Part shown: piece by piece, positions 1-15,223 of the stretch
Position numbering within the stretch: the stretch's first letter is position 1
Layout: every line of letters begins with the position of its first letter
Origin: an uncultured Methanoregulaceae archaeon
GTDB taxonomy: Archaea > Halobacteriota > Methanomicrobia > Methanomicrobiales > Methanospirillaceae
NCBI GenBank assembly: GCA_963841015.1
Contig: CAWJAX010000005.1
Location: 32,001-96,000, forward strand
DNA length: 64,000 nucleotides
Direction: 5' to 3'
The notes under the pieces: model-generated
What the model saw: only the letters and a program-made list of their open reading frames with translations
Told to the model about the DNA's origin: nothing
The model's database searches: none
Position numbers and translations under genes: made by a program

Positions 1-225
1 ATTCACCAGCTCAGTCTGCATCTGAAGCTGATGCCCCGGAATGAACGTGGTTGCACCGGAAGGGCCGACGTAGTACCTGGCAGTGACGTGCTGTTGCCTG
101 CCGATCAGGAGCGGAGGGTTGGGTGTGCAGGACACCCCGGTGAGTGTCATAATCGCGGTAGCGGGTATAGCCTGAAGCAGGATCACAACAATCGCAAGGG
201 AGAAGAGGTTGATTCCACGGATCAT
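1..225 (-). CDS. Secreted hypothetical protein, partial (runs off the window start)
   Basis: Manual translation from ATG at 225: MIRGINLFSLAIVVILLQAIPATAIMTLTG..., a signal-peptide-like N-terminus, open to position 1. Not in the ORF track. Confidence 0.7.
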   Translation of the reverse strand, partial: MIRGINLFSLAIVVILLQAIPATAIMTLTGVSCTPNPPLLIGRQQHVTARYYVGPSGATTFIPGHQLQMQTELVN

Positions 226-277
226 ACAGTTCAACAAAGGGAGATCTGCTTAAAAAAAGTATTAGTTTGTGTTACGG

Positions 278-1177
278 TTACCGGTTCAACGTGTCCTGGG
301 TATATGCCCCGATATTGCCGATTGCCCGCTGACCTTCGGGTATTTCCTGGGCGAATACCTGCCAGCAGTGAAACATCCCCTCCCAGAGTTCGAACTGGAC
401 GGGAACTCCTGCCCAGCGTGCTTTCTCGACGAATGTGGCTATATCCGATAACAGCAATTCATGGGTGCCGGCCTGAATATAGAGTCTGGGGAGACCGTTG
501 AGATGTGCAAAGACGGGGGATGCAAAGGGATCCTTCGGATCATGGCCCGCAAGGTATACCGTTCTGATTGCTTCGAGTCTTTCCAGGGTGAGCCAGTCAT
601 TTTCAAGGTTCTTTTTCACCGACTCCCCGGAAAAAAGCATGTCCACGACAGGTGACATGCAGATCCCGGCAAGGGGAAGAGGCAGTTTCCGATCGCGTGC
701 GGAGAGTAAAAGATCGAGAACGAGCGTTCCTCCTGCCGAAATTCCAACCGGGATAATGCGGTGCGGCATGGTGCCATGGGTAATCAGGTAGCGATATGCA
801 TCAAGGGCATCTTCAACTGCTGCTGGAAAAACACTTTCCGGTGCCAGCCGGTAATCGACGGAGAAAACCTGTGCCCGGGCTTCCCGGGCAAGCCGGATAC
901 ACAATCCCAGATAGTCCTTTGTCGAGCCAAGCGTGAAACCACCTCCATGGAAAAAAAGAATCGTGTGACCCGTCACCGCTTCCGGAACATCGATCCAGTA
1001 GCCAAAGACACCCTTGGAGATCTCCACACGTTCGGTAATCATGTACTCTCCCCGATCGTCCTGCATTGATTCGTAGAATGCAGAATGATCTTTCCGTACC
1101 AGGGAGACTGGCCTCTTCTGGTCGGGATTATGGGATTTGATGAGGGTAAGCAGGTCTACCGTTGAATCACTTATCAT
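278..1177 (-). CDS. Alpha/beta hydrolase (HSL-family esterase/lipase)
   Basis: HGGG oxyanion motif, DYRLAPE, GISAGG nucleophile elbow, C-terminal His (GMFH). Start uncertain; the ORF extends to 1231. Confidence 0.9.
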   Translation of the reverse strand: MISDSTVDLLTLIKSHNPDQKRPVSLVRKDHSAFYESMQDDRGEYMITERVEISKGVFGYWIDVPEAVTGHTILFFHGGGFTLGSTKDYLGLCIRLAREARAQVFSVDYRLAPESVFPAAVEDALDAYRYLITHGTMPHRIIPVGISAGGTLVLDLLLSARDRKLPLPLAGICMSPVVDMLFSGESVKKNLENDWLTLERLEAIRTVYLAGHDPKDPFASPVFAHLNGLPRLYIQAGTHELLLSDIATFVEKARWAGVPVQFELWEGMFHCWQVFAQEIPEGQRAIGNIGAYTQDTLNR

Positions 1178-1439
1178 TAATCTGGTTATGGTGAAGGAGG
1201 AAGATAAAGGAAGAGGGTTCATGCCCTTCATGGGATAACAGGGGGTTTTTCAAATATCCCGTAAATGCCGCATTACCCCCGCAAAACCAGGGGTAGAACG
1301 AAAAAAATCCCTGTTTGAGGTTTTTTTCGAAATTCTTTAATATAATCGTACATAAACTACCATCTTAATCCCGACATCGGCATCCCCCAGTCGGGGATGA
1401 GGTTGTCAGGCAATTCCACCGTAGAGGGAGGGAGTAGTT

Positions 1440-2033
1440 TTGAAGATTTCACGTGTAAGTATCATCGCAATCGTGCTGGTTGTAATTGCTGTTGCAATTG
1501 CAGGATGTTCGAGCACAAGTCCGACCACCCCTGCAACCGGAGGGACTCCGGCAGCCACGCCTGCTGCAGGAGCTCCGTCAGGGACTACCGCAGCGCAGTC
1601 TGGAGGATCCGTCAGTGGGGGACAGTTATTTGGGGGTGTTGGATATAACTGGGTCGAGTACAGGATGTCTACCGGTTCCGGATCCGATGCTATGACGATT
1701 TATTATAAATATGACAAACAGACCGGAAAATGCACAATGCGTTTTGAAGGGGCAAAAAAAATTGAGGGAATGCCCACTGAGATGGACTGCAGCTCGACCG
1801 GAGGAGCAAAAACGCAGGGTGACCCCAACCAGGTGAACCCGGATGTGAAGTTCGTTAAAGTTGGTACGGAAGTTGTGACCGTACCTGCAGGAACATTTAC
1901 TGCAGACAAATACACTGCGACATACCAGGGCGTCACCGCCACCTACTGGTTTGTAAATGGCAAGCCCCTGATCAAGATGGCCGGTGGGGATGCAACAGGT
2001 TCCATGAACATGGAACTGAATGCAATGGGATGA
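1440..2033 (+). CDS. Putative lipoprotein / surface protein
   Basis: TTG start after a GGAG-rich RBS; hydrophobic signal ending in IAGC (lipobox-like); T/P/A/G-rich linker. Confidence 0.75.
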   Translation: MKISRVSIIAIVLVVIAVAIAGCSSTSPTTPATGGTPAATPAAGAPSGTTAAQSGGSVSGGQLFGGVGYNWVEYRMSTGSGSDAMTIYYKYDKQTGKCTMRFEGAKKIEGMPTEMDCSSTGGAKTQGDPNQVNPDVKFVKVGTEVVTVPAGTFTADKYTATYQGVTATYWFVNGKPLIKMAGGDATGSMNMELNAMG

Positions 2034-2123
2034 AAAAAGAATCCTGTTTCATCTTTTTTTTTGTGCATTACCATGAAATCCCGAAAATAACTGACATCGT
2101 TGTAAACAGTTCGCTCACCTTTC

Positions 2124-2939
2124 ATGAACTCTCCTCACGAACTCTACGTCCATGGTCGCTCAGACCTTGAAGCAGAACGCCTTCATTACCAGGCATCAAA
2201 ATTAGCTGAGCTGCTCCACCACGACACCTGTTACCCGCCAGGGTGCAGGGTGCTCGAGGCTGCATGCGGTGTTGGCGCCCAGACCATCCTCCTTGCCAGG
2301 AACAGTCCCGGTGTGGAATTTGTCTCTGTTGATATCTCCCGGGAATCCCTCATCAGGGCAAAACGTCGTGTTTCTGAGGAGGGAATCACCAACGTCACGT
2401 TTCGTCAGGCTGATATCTACCATTTACCCTTCAGGCCTGAAACCTTCGACCATATATTCGTGTGTTTCCTGCTTGAGCACCTGCCGGATCCGCTCCTGTC
2501 TATCACACGCATGAAGGAGATCCTCCGCCCGGGAGGGTCCATAACATTCATTGAAGGAGACCATGGCTCCGCATTGTTTTTCCCGGACAGCAGGGATGCT
2601 CATACCGTTATCGACTGCCTTGTTCAGCTCCAGCGGGAGATGGGGGGAAATGCTCTCATCGGCAGAGAACTCTGGCACCTGATGACTGATGCCGGGTTTG
2701 TAAAAGTCGCAGTCTCGCCGCGGATAGTCTACGCTGACAGGAGCCGCCCGGAGTATACTGAAGGGGTGAAAAATATTTTCATTGCAATGGTTGAGGGAAT
2801 ACGGGAGCAGGCTGTTGCCCGGGGCATGGTCGATAGTGAAACGTGGAAGAGGGGAATCAGGGATTTATACCGGACTACAGAGCAGGACGGTACTTTCTGT
2901 TATACGTTTTTCAAGGCAACAGGCTCAAAGGAATTATAG
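2124..2939 (+). CDS. Class I SAM-dependent methyltransferase
   Basis: VLEAACGVG motif I, FDHIF, LRPGG. Confidence 0.9.
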   Translation: MNSPHELYVHGRSDLEAERLHYQASKLAELLHHDTCYPPGCRVLEAACGVGAQTILLARNSPGVEFVSVDISRESLIRAKRRVSEEGITNVTFRQADIYHLPFRPETFDHIFVCFLLEHLPDPLLSITRMKEILRPGGSITFIEGDHGSALFFPDSRDAHTVIDCLVQLQREMGGNALIGRELWHLMTDAGFVKVAVSPRIVYADRSRPEYTEGVKNIFIAMVEGIREQAVARGMVDSETWKRGIRDLYRTTEQDGTFCYTFFKATGSKEL

Positions 2940-3045
2940 GGGGCAGTAGAGAGAAAACAGGATTTTGCCTCCCTGCTATTTTTCCATCACGTCATTAAAT
3001 TCAATTGAACCGTCATCTTCGAAATTGCATCCATTTAAAGGGGAT

Positions 3046-3402
3046 TCAGATTTTTTTCACCAGAGAAATCAGCGATTCATTTCCGGTGGGTTTTGGCAGC
3101 GTACTTCCCTCCCCCTTCCCAAATACCAGTTTCTGAGACCATGAAGGGTGCATGCCGACAATAAAGAACAGAATGGCAATCAGGATAAATCCGAACTGGG
3201 CGACATCGATAAAAATGCTGTTTACTATGGTAAAAAAGAACAGATCAATAACTTCAATAATGGAATAAAGAAGGAGGAAAGACAGACCTGGCAGAAATTG
3301 GGGCTTATTCCATTTCACTGCAAGGACTACGGCAATGAGGGCAGTAATCATCTGAATAATTCCATAAAGTATAATGCTGGATGCCAGGAGGAGCGGGATC
3401 AT
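3046..3402 (-). CDS. Small membrane protein (about 3 TM segments)
   Basis: Three hydrophobic stretches in a 118-aa ORF. Confidence 0.7.
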   Translation of the reverse strand: MIPLLLASSIILYGIIQMITALIAVVLAVKWNKPQFLPGLSFLLLYSIIEVIDLFFFTIVNSIFIDVAQFGFILIAILFFIVGMHPSWSQKLVFGKGEGSTLPKPTGNESLISLVKKI

Positions 3403-3556
3403 GTCAATGTCAACCTTAGCGAAAGCATGAGCATTCTGACATATTTAATAGTTAGCATATAATTAAAAATATAGAATAAAAACAAGAGAATATTCTCCTG
3501 TTCCCAGAGCTAATATCAATGAACAGACAGAATTATTTTCCTTGACAATACGAATT

Positions 3557-4246
3557 TTATAAAATTTTTTTGGGGATATATCGTGCCCAGATAATTCCCT
3601 GATCAAGCACTTCACTATTTTGAAGAACCAGGGGAACTTGTGAACTAAGCATTCCTGCCTTTACTGGATCGAATAGGGTCGGATCTGGCTGCCCTCCGGC
3701 AAGGAATGGATGGATCAACACACTTAATTCGTCAACGAGTCCGGAATTCAGGAGCACGCTGTTGAGCGTCCCACCGCTATCAACCCGGACTGTGGCAACA
3801 CCGTAATCCCGTTTCAGCACCTCCATGGCTGCACGCACATCTATGCGATCTGAACCAGTGACAATAGCAGCAATCTTTCTTTCTCCAAGATAGTTTCGGT
3901 ATTCCTGCGGGGTCGAAGACGAACACAAGGCCAGAACATCCCGCATATAAGGCCATTTCCGGATAGCATCCCAGCAGCGCACCCTTCCCCGGCTGTCAGC
4001 AATGACCAGCAGCGGGCGGGGATCAGATTCTGTATTTTCAGGAGGGCGAAATATTTCTTCATGTTCCGGGGGGACTTCCAGCGAAGGGTTATCCCGGACG
4101 GCGGCAAGGACGGTTTCGCTCCCAAAGAGTATGGCATCTGGATTCCATCGTGCAGCAAGCGCATAGTAAAGATCAAGGTCAGCGGGAAAATTCGTGATCC
4201 GGCCATCAAGGCTCATGGCAGTGTGAAGAATAACGCGGGGAAGCAT
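3557..4246 (-). CDS. RibD C-terminal (DHFR-fold) reductase family protein
   Basis: SLDGRI, DSRGR, GGTLN and GLVDEL motifs. Confidence 0.85.
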   Translation of the reverse strand: MLPRVILHTAMSLDGRITNFPADLDLYYALAARWNPDAILFGSETVLAAVRDNPSLEVPPEHEEIFRPPENTESDPRPLLVIADSRGRVRCWDAIRKWPYMRDVLALCSSSTPQEYRNYLGERKIAAIVTGSDRIDVRAAMEVLKRDYGVATVRVDSGGTLNSVLLNSGLVDELSVLIHPFLAGGQPDPTLFDPVKAGMLSSQVPLVLQNSEVLDQGIIWARYIPKKIL

Positions 4247-4497
4247 GTGGTGACTCCAAAAGAAAATTTCACGGGTTCTTTATTTAAACAATGGTCGGGA
4301 GGTGTGAAAATAGGAAGGAAACGGATTTTTTTTTAGATATTCTGGAAAGGAGAAAAAGGAAATCGTAATTCCCAAAACTGTCACCCAGGTCGTGAACCTG
4401 ACGGTATCGCACAAAAGTCGATAATAACAGAATCAATGATGAGCATCCGCTTGTCAGGAAAATTTCTTAAGAACAGATTGCCGTTTAAGGAAGGAAG

Positions 4498-4622
4498 GTG
4501 ATAGCAGCTTGGTATGATTCCCGAGGACTCGCGTACCTCGGTACAACATACTACGTGAGCTGGCTTAACTTCTGGGTTCGGAATGAGACCAGGTGTGTCC
4601 CAGCTGCTATGGCCGCTATCAC
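4498..4622 (-). rRNA. rrf: 5S rRNA
   Basis: Minus strand GATAGCGGCCATAGC...CATTCCGAACCCAGAAGTTAAGCC...GCTGCTATC with a terminal helix. Ends approximate. Confidence 0.95.
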
Positions 4623-4646
4623 CACAAATACGGGGTAAAACCCCAA

Positions 4647-4718
4647 AGCCAAGGTCCGGATTTGAACCGGAGTGTAGTTGATCTGCAGTCAACCGCGTGG
4701 CCGCTCCGCCACCTTGGC
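4647..4718 (-). tRNA. tRNA-Cys(GCA)
   Basis: Acceptor stem GCCAAGG/CCTTGGC, anticodon arm GTTGA-CTGCAGA-TCAAC, T loop TTCAAAT. Confidence 0.97.
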
Positions 4719-4799
4719 GACCGTGTAGTTTGATACCCTATTTTCTATGTCAGGATAGGATATAAGGTTTGCACACAGAATTTCGTCTGGGTTTAACGT

Positions 4800-7712
<2,913 letters not shown>

Positions 7713-7833
7713 TACTAATGCTCCGCTAAACCCATTTAACGTCCTGTGTGCAAACCTTTACACGGCCTCAAAAAGTCATTGGTTTGACTCTCAGCCCTTC
7801 CCTCGTGATTCACATCCCGAGGTGCATCTAAAA

Positions 7834-7887
7834 CGGTTCATCAGGATTCGAACCCGTATTCTTTCACCCCATTTTGGTGATTGAACC
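7834..7887 (-). other. tRNA-like remnant (t-element) in the 16S-23S spacer
   Basis: GGTTCA/TGAACC acceptor-like stem, CGGG-TTCGAAT-CCTG T arm, one internal hairpin; only about 54 nt. Confidence 0.7.
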
Positions 7888-7956
7888 TTATTATTGTCGA
7901 CACCGGCAATTTTACAGTTTGTTTAGCAACCGCGTAACCCAAAAATCAAATTCGTT

Positions 7957-9423
<1,467 letters not shown>

Positions 9424-9631
9424 TCATTTTGTACAATGTACGCACACTATATCTGAACTGTTTAAGGAATTAGCGGTTACTAAACAAATTTCCGCATTGC
9501 CAGTATCAACGTCAGAACCAACTCCGGTCATGCCGGATCTTGTTGGATCTCCATCAAAAATATTTGTTTTACAATTATTATCGTCGTGTTTTTTCTAATT
9601 AAACACAGGCCTATAGTGTAGGCTTCAGGAT

Positions 9632-9639
9632 TATTTATA
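9632..9639 (-). promoter_or_regulatory. Candidate TATA box of the rRNA operon
   Basis: TATAAATA on the minus strand, preceded by a purine-rich BRE-like stretch, upstream of the 16S processing stem. Confidence 0.4.
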
Positions 9640-10082
9640 CCTTGTTGCCTGCACAGTTTTCTCTCCGAACCGACACCGGAATTTTTTCTGGTTTTCGTCG
9701 GTTCATCATCAGATCTTGTGGATCACATAATAACACATTCAAACACTTAAACGTTATCCATGGCCGGGCCTCCCTTTTCCACCCTTGATTTATCGATAAA
9801 AATTTATTTTTAAAAAAAATACCTTCTGAATGCTTCAATATAGCATTTTTAACCATATTTTCAGCATTTTTCGCACCAGTAAACAGTACCGCGTGGAACC
9901 CCTAATTCAGGCCAAGAAGAGTGTCCCGATAGTACGTTCGCTTGCAGAGCGCGTTCGTGTTTCCTGCGATTTTCTGACGGTAACCCTTTTTTTCCGGATT
10001 GCTTAAAATCAAAACCATGCCGCGATCGCGCAGATCATAGTTCGTACCTTATTTTTTTATAAGATTTTTATAAGAGATGGCA

Positions 10083-10967
10083 TCAGTTGTCTGCATGACA
10101 AATCTGCACAAAAACATCACCGAAAAACTCTTCCTGCCGCAGGGAACACCGCCCCTCAAGGGCAAGGAAGAGGAGCGGGATATAGACTTCCGGGATGCCC
10201 CACTCCATCTTCTCGCATAGCTCAGCCAGGGTCATCTCTTCATCGATCTCCAGACCTTCGAGATATTCTGCGAGCAGCACCATGGACGATTCCTGGTAGC
10301 CTTCATCATGGGCAATACTCACGACATCATCGGCGTAGATAAGATAATCGTCCCCCACATCCTTGAGACGGCGGCGCCTGCGCTCTTCTTTTTCGATGTT
10401 TTTCAGTTCAATGATCAGTTCAAAGAGCGTAACCGGGCTTTTTCGCAGGTTCTTCCGGTCGAGCCGCCGCTGTATCTCGTGTTCCAGCAGCTCGATAGGG
10501 CCAAGCCTCCCATGGTAATCTGTCTCAGAATCGAGTGCAAGGGCATAATCTTCTCCGTACGATTCGTCATCTTCATCAAGGCCTTCTATAGCAGGATCTG
10601 ACTGGAGTTCGAGTTGTTCTGACTTCATGCGCAACAGGGTTGCGGCATAAAAGAGCGTACGTCCGGAGACCTGCAGGTTAAGTTGCCGGCATCGTTCAAG
10701 TTCAGACAGGAACCGGTCGGTCACTTCGATAATATTAATATTCCATGGATCGATTTCACCCCGCTCAGCAAGTCCCACCAGAATCTCAACCGGGTCTTCA
10801 ATAACACCTGACAGGGATGATTCGGAGGGTTCAGATACCAAAGAAGAATCCTCAGGGGCTCCCGAAGGATCCGGTTCAGGGGGGGTTTCTAAGCCTGGGG
10901 TTTCACGCTCGAGCGGGGAGATGTCGGGGGGATTGTTACCGGGTTTATTCTCATAAGGATCAGCCAT
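10083..10967 (-). CDS. scpA: Segregation and condensation protein A (kleisin)
   Basis: GEIDPWNINI N-terminal kleisin motif, C-terminal LRQEEFFGD; overlaps the end of smc. Confidence 0.92.
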   Translation of the reverse strand: MADPYENKPGNNPPDISPLERETPGLETPPEPDPSGAPEDSSLVSEPSESSLSGVIEDPVEILVGLAERGEIDPWNINIIEVTDRFLSELERCRQLNLQVSGRTLFYAATLLRMKSEQLELQSDPAIEGLDEDDESYGEDYALALDSETDYHGRLGPIELLEHEIQRRLDRKNLRKSPVTLFELIIELKNIEKEERRRRRLKDVGDDYLIYADDVVSIAHDEGYQESSMVLLAEYLEGLEIDEEMTLAELCEKMEWGIPEVYIPLLFLALEGRCSLRQEEFFGDVFVQICHADN

Positions 10968-13900
10968 TCGCTTTTACTCCGGTAACGAGCGTGCTTTTAT
11001 CCGGTCGCAATGTAACACCCATGATCCGTTGTGCTGCCTCAATCATCGGTTTGCGCAGGGAGACAATGACAAATTGCGATTGGGGCGAAAGCTCTGTGAT
11101 CATTGAAGAGATGCGCTCGACATTGGATCCGTCAAGCGACATGTCTACTTCATCGAATGCATAGAAGGGTGCAGGGATATACCGCTGGATTGAGAAGATG
11201 AATGCCAGGGTGGTCAGTGATTTTTCTCCTCCGGATAGTGAGGATAAGAGATGTACCTTCTTGTCGCGGGGTTGTACAGCAAACGTCATGCCACCGGTAA
11301 AAGGATCTTCCTCGTTCTCGAGGATCAGGTGCCCGCTTCCGCTCGTGAGCCTGGCAAATATCTCCCGGAAATTGGTGTCAATGGCGCGAAACGCGGTTGT
11401 GAAGGCTTCATACTTCATCTGTTCAAATTTCTCTATGCGCTCGATCAGGGTTGTACGTTCGCGGGAAAGGGTTTCTTTTCGCTCCGTTCGTTCCCCGACC
11501 TGACGCTGCACTTTCTCATACTCTTCAATCGCGAGCATATTCACCGCCCCGATCTTACGCAGCGCTCCATCAGCCTCAGCGATCTTTCCTTCAATCTCTG
11601 ACAACGAGAGGGTTGTGTCCATATCCCCTACCTGGTGCCTGAGCATATCCACTTCGATTCCGAGTGTCCTGGCCCGCTCTTCAATAGCCACCATCTGGAT
11701 GGTGATCCTTTCTTTATCGGCATCGAACTTCATGAGCTTTAATTCAGAGTCCTGAATCTGCTGCGAGGCTTCGGATCGCCTGGCACGTAATTCATCAAGC
11801 TCACCTGAGAACTCTTTTTGCCGTTCTTCAAGTGCGGCAATCTGCAATTTGTGAACTGCAATCTGTTCATTTGATCCTGCGATATCTGCATCGATCTGAC
11901 CGTTGCGTTCGTCCTGCCGTTTGCGATCATCGCCCAGTTCGACAAGACGGGCGGTGAAATGCTGCCGCTCGCGCTGGGCATCATTAATATCCCCGTCCTT
12001 GTTTCGCAACCGTCGTTCGGACTCTTCGATCTCTTTCTTTTTCTTCTCTATCTGATCAGTGAGCACCGGAATATTGGTATCATCAAGACGTTTCTTGAGC
12101 TCATCTATCCGGGAGGTGATCTCATTGATGGATTCCGTGGTTTTGTCAATATCTGTTTCGAGCAGGGTGAGTTCTGCGGCACCGTTCTTCGTCTCTTCCT
12201 GCTGCCGTGCAACAGACTGCCTCTATGGTCTGCTTTTCGACCGTGATAGCTTCGAACCTGCGGGAAAATTCCTCGGTGAACATCCCCAGGCGGGCGATCT
12301 TCTGCTCGATCTCGTTGCGGGTCGACCGCTTTGTATCCACTTCTTCGGTCAGCCTTTTTACGCCTGCTTCAAGCGTTGCCGCTTCCCCCTGCAGCTCCCC
12401 AAGATGTGCACGTACACGGAATATCTCATCATCAACGGCGGCACCGAATCCTCTTCCACCCTGTTTCTTTGTCGCACCACCCGTCATTGCACCGCTCTTT
12501 TCGAGCAGTTCGCCCTCGAGCGTTACCATCCGGTACCTGCCAATGAGTTTGCGGGCTCGTTCAAGCGTATCGACAACAACGGTTGATCCGAGTGCAACGG
12601 CAAACGCCCGGTCATACCTTGGGTCGTACTCGACCAGATTGATCGCGTAATCGATAATACCCGGCTCTTTTAACGGGGGAAGTGCAGGAGGTTTTAATTT
12701 ATTGAGCGGGAGAAAGGTAACGCGACCGAGCCGCTCTTCTTTTAAGTGCCTGATGGCATCTGCTGCCACCTGATCATCATCGCAGACAACAAACTGGAGC
12801 CTGTTTCCTGCAGCAATATTAAGAGAAGTTGCATACTCTGCAGGTGCTTTCCCAAGGTCAGCGATCGTGCCATGTACATGTTCCATGGCCATAACCGCTT
12901 CGATCGCCCTGCCTCCGGATTCACCCCTCGCCTGCTGTGCCGCTTCAAGACGGAATGCATCCTGTTCATTGTCACGGATCTCGTTACGGAGGCGTTCCAG
13001 CGATGACCGCTGTGCAAACATAGCTCCTTCCAGCTCTGACAGATTGCGATCCAGTTCTTTTTTACCAGCAAGAAGGTCCCCTGCGCTCTTTTCACTGTCC
13101 GTGAGCTGGCTCTGCTTTGCTGTGTACCTCTTCATCCAGCTGTCTGAGAAGCAGCATAAGACGCTCGAGTTCCGTAGTGCGCATCCGGCTCTTCTCAATA
13201 TGCATATCCTGCTGGTGAAGGATTTCCGATCGCTGCCCCCTCTTCTCCTCAAGGTCATGCAACAGGGCGAACAATTTTTCGCGGGCGCCCTCAGTATCCT
13301 CCCCGTGTTGCCGGATCTCGGACTCGAACTTTTCAAGCTGCGCTTTGGCGGCAGCAATCTCCATGGCAAGGTTTGTCCGGTCAATGGATAACGTGCGAAT
13401 CTGATCCGTGCATTCCGCCACCCTGGCTTCGGCACGTTTGGTATCCATGTAGACACGATTGATTGCCTCAAGATTGGTCTCCTTTTCCTTGCGGAGGCGC
13501 ACGATGGTCTGATCTGAAAGTTTGATCCCGCTTTTTGCCTCCTCGAGTTCGGCGATAAGTTTGAGATAGTCAGACCCGCTCTTTTTGTTAATCAGGTCAT
13601 CAATATCTTTTAAATCAGCCTTAAGGTAGGAAAGTTCATTCTCTTCCAGGCTCCGGTCGGCGCCAATGCGGGTGAGCATAATCCTGTGCTCATCAGTGGA
13701 TCTGGTGAGAGATGCCAGCTCTTTTTCCCGGTCGTGGAGCTGGGCGGCAGCCCTGCAGTTTTGGAAAAAAGAGAGATCCTTTTGCCATTTCTGGTATTCG
13801 AGGGCGTGCTCCCGTTCGCGTCTGAGTTCATTTACTCTCCTGGTGAGCTCGAGCAGGAGAAGCTCTTCACGTTCTATCCGTTCCCTCACGATATCAAGTT

Positions 13901-14405
13901 CGGAAAGAGACTGCTGCTTTTTAAGATCAAATTCCGAAACACCCGCAATCTCATCGATAATCTTTCGCCGCTCGAAATCACTCATTTCCATGATTCGGGT
14001 TACATCACCCTGCATGACGACATTGTAGCCATGAGGTTTTATCCCGTGCTTTGAAAGGTGATCGACGATGTCGCTCTGCTTGCAGAGCCGTTCATTGAGG
14101 TAATTATAACTGTAGTACCCGTTGCTGGTACGTTTGATTCTTCTTTTGATCTTCGTCCCATCGGAAAATTCGAGTGCTACCTCTGCGGTGTTCCGGCCGG
14201 AATTGAGGTTGATAAGATCGGTAAGCTTCTCGGCACGGAGATTGCGTGAGCTCGAGAGAGCAAGTACAAAAAGGATGGAATCGATGATGTTGCTTTTCCC
14301 GGAACCATTGGGCCCGGAAATAACGGTAAAGCCCCCTAAAAAGGGGATTTTTGTCTTTTTAGAAAAAGACTTGAAATTGTCAATCTCCAGTTCGGTGATA
14401 TGCAA
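10960..14405 (-). CDS. smc: Chromosome segregation protein SMC (two apparent frameshifts at about 13128 and 12215)
   Basis: Walker A GPNGSGKSN, hinge GRVTFLPL...GAMTGG, signature LSGGEKS and Walker B FDEVD, spread over three consecutive ORFs. Confidence 0.93.
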
Positions 14406-14417
14406 AGATCCGGCTCC

Positions 14418-14909
14418 TTACTTCTTTGCAGGATCCTTCTTGTCTTCCTCTGCGGCCACGATGAGATCGCCCTGTTTTGACTTGACGGATACCCCCTTCT
14501 TGCTTTTCCCGTATCCTGGCGATGCAACTATGTAGTTTTTGTCACCCCGCCTTTCTTCCAGTTTCATGGTTCCATCCGATTGCATGATCATGTCCATGGA
14601 GGGCTCTGGTGGCGCTGCGGGAGTATCAGAGGGGCGGGCACCTTTACGCATTACGACTGTGCTTGAAGCGGCAGGAGTACCGGTTGATGGAGCAGGCAGC
14701 GGCTGTACACCCTGAACAACCGGTGGCCCCCGTTTAGCATCCTGCCTGCTGCGTTCTTCGGTCTGTTTGGACATTTTCATTGCTACAGACTTGAGATCGA
14801 GAAGCTCCTGGGTTAACCCCTTGACGAGTGCTTCCAAATCTCTCACCTTTTTTTCAATCGCAACAATTCGCTCCTCAGTTGCAGCTCCGGTTCCTGAAAT
14901 TTCCAGCAT
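14418..14909 (-). CDS. Hypothetical coiled-coil protein directly upstream of smc
   Basis: N-terminal heptads, Pro/Ala-rich linker, C-terminal DLIVA; ends 12 nt before the smc start. Confidence 0.8.
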   Translation of the reverse strand: MLEISGTGAATEERIVAIEKKVRDLEALVKGLTQELLDLKSVAMKMSKQTEERSRQDAKRGPPVVQGVQPLPAPSTGTPAASSTVVMRKGARPSDTPAAPPEPSMDMIMQSDGTMKLEERRGDKNYIVASPGYGKSKKGVSVKSKQGDLIVAAEEDKKDPAKK

Positions 14910-15223
14910 TGATATCAGTTTCTCCTTTTCTTCATGGTTATACTCAAGATATACGATCTTTGCATCAGGTCTGCGCCATCACGCATACTTACTGTACTGG
15001 TGCGGCGCACTCCTTATAAATAATAGTAGTGATCGCCGGATAAGGAAAAAAGGTTTGTGCTTTATTTCACCTTACAATCCGCTGTACGCAGATAATCCTG
15101 ACCTTTATTTACGCGCTCTGCTGGCAGAAAATCGAAAAAGTGTCATCCGGCAACAAAATTGTCCAACGCGCTTACCAGTGCCGGGAAAAAGGTATTACCT
15201 GATTGCAGCGAACCCTTCTCCAT

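Noticed and set aside
7834-7887. Functional tRNA-Ala in the spacer
   Set aside because: Too short, no TGC anticodon arm and no D arm; kept only as a tRNA-like element.
10960-14405. smc (likewise glyA, rnj, thermosome) as pseudogenes or programmed frameshifts
   Set aside because: Single-base repairs restore full proteins, there is no other decay and no common slippery site; sequencing error is the simpler explanation.
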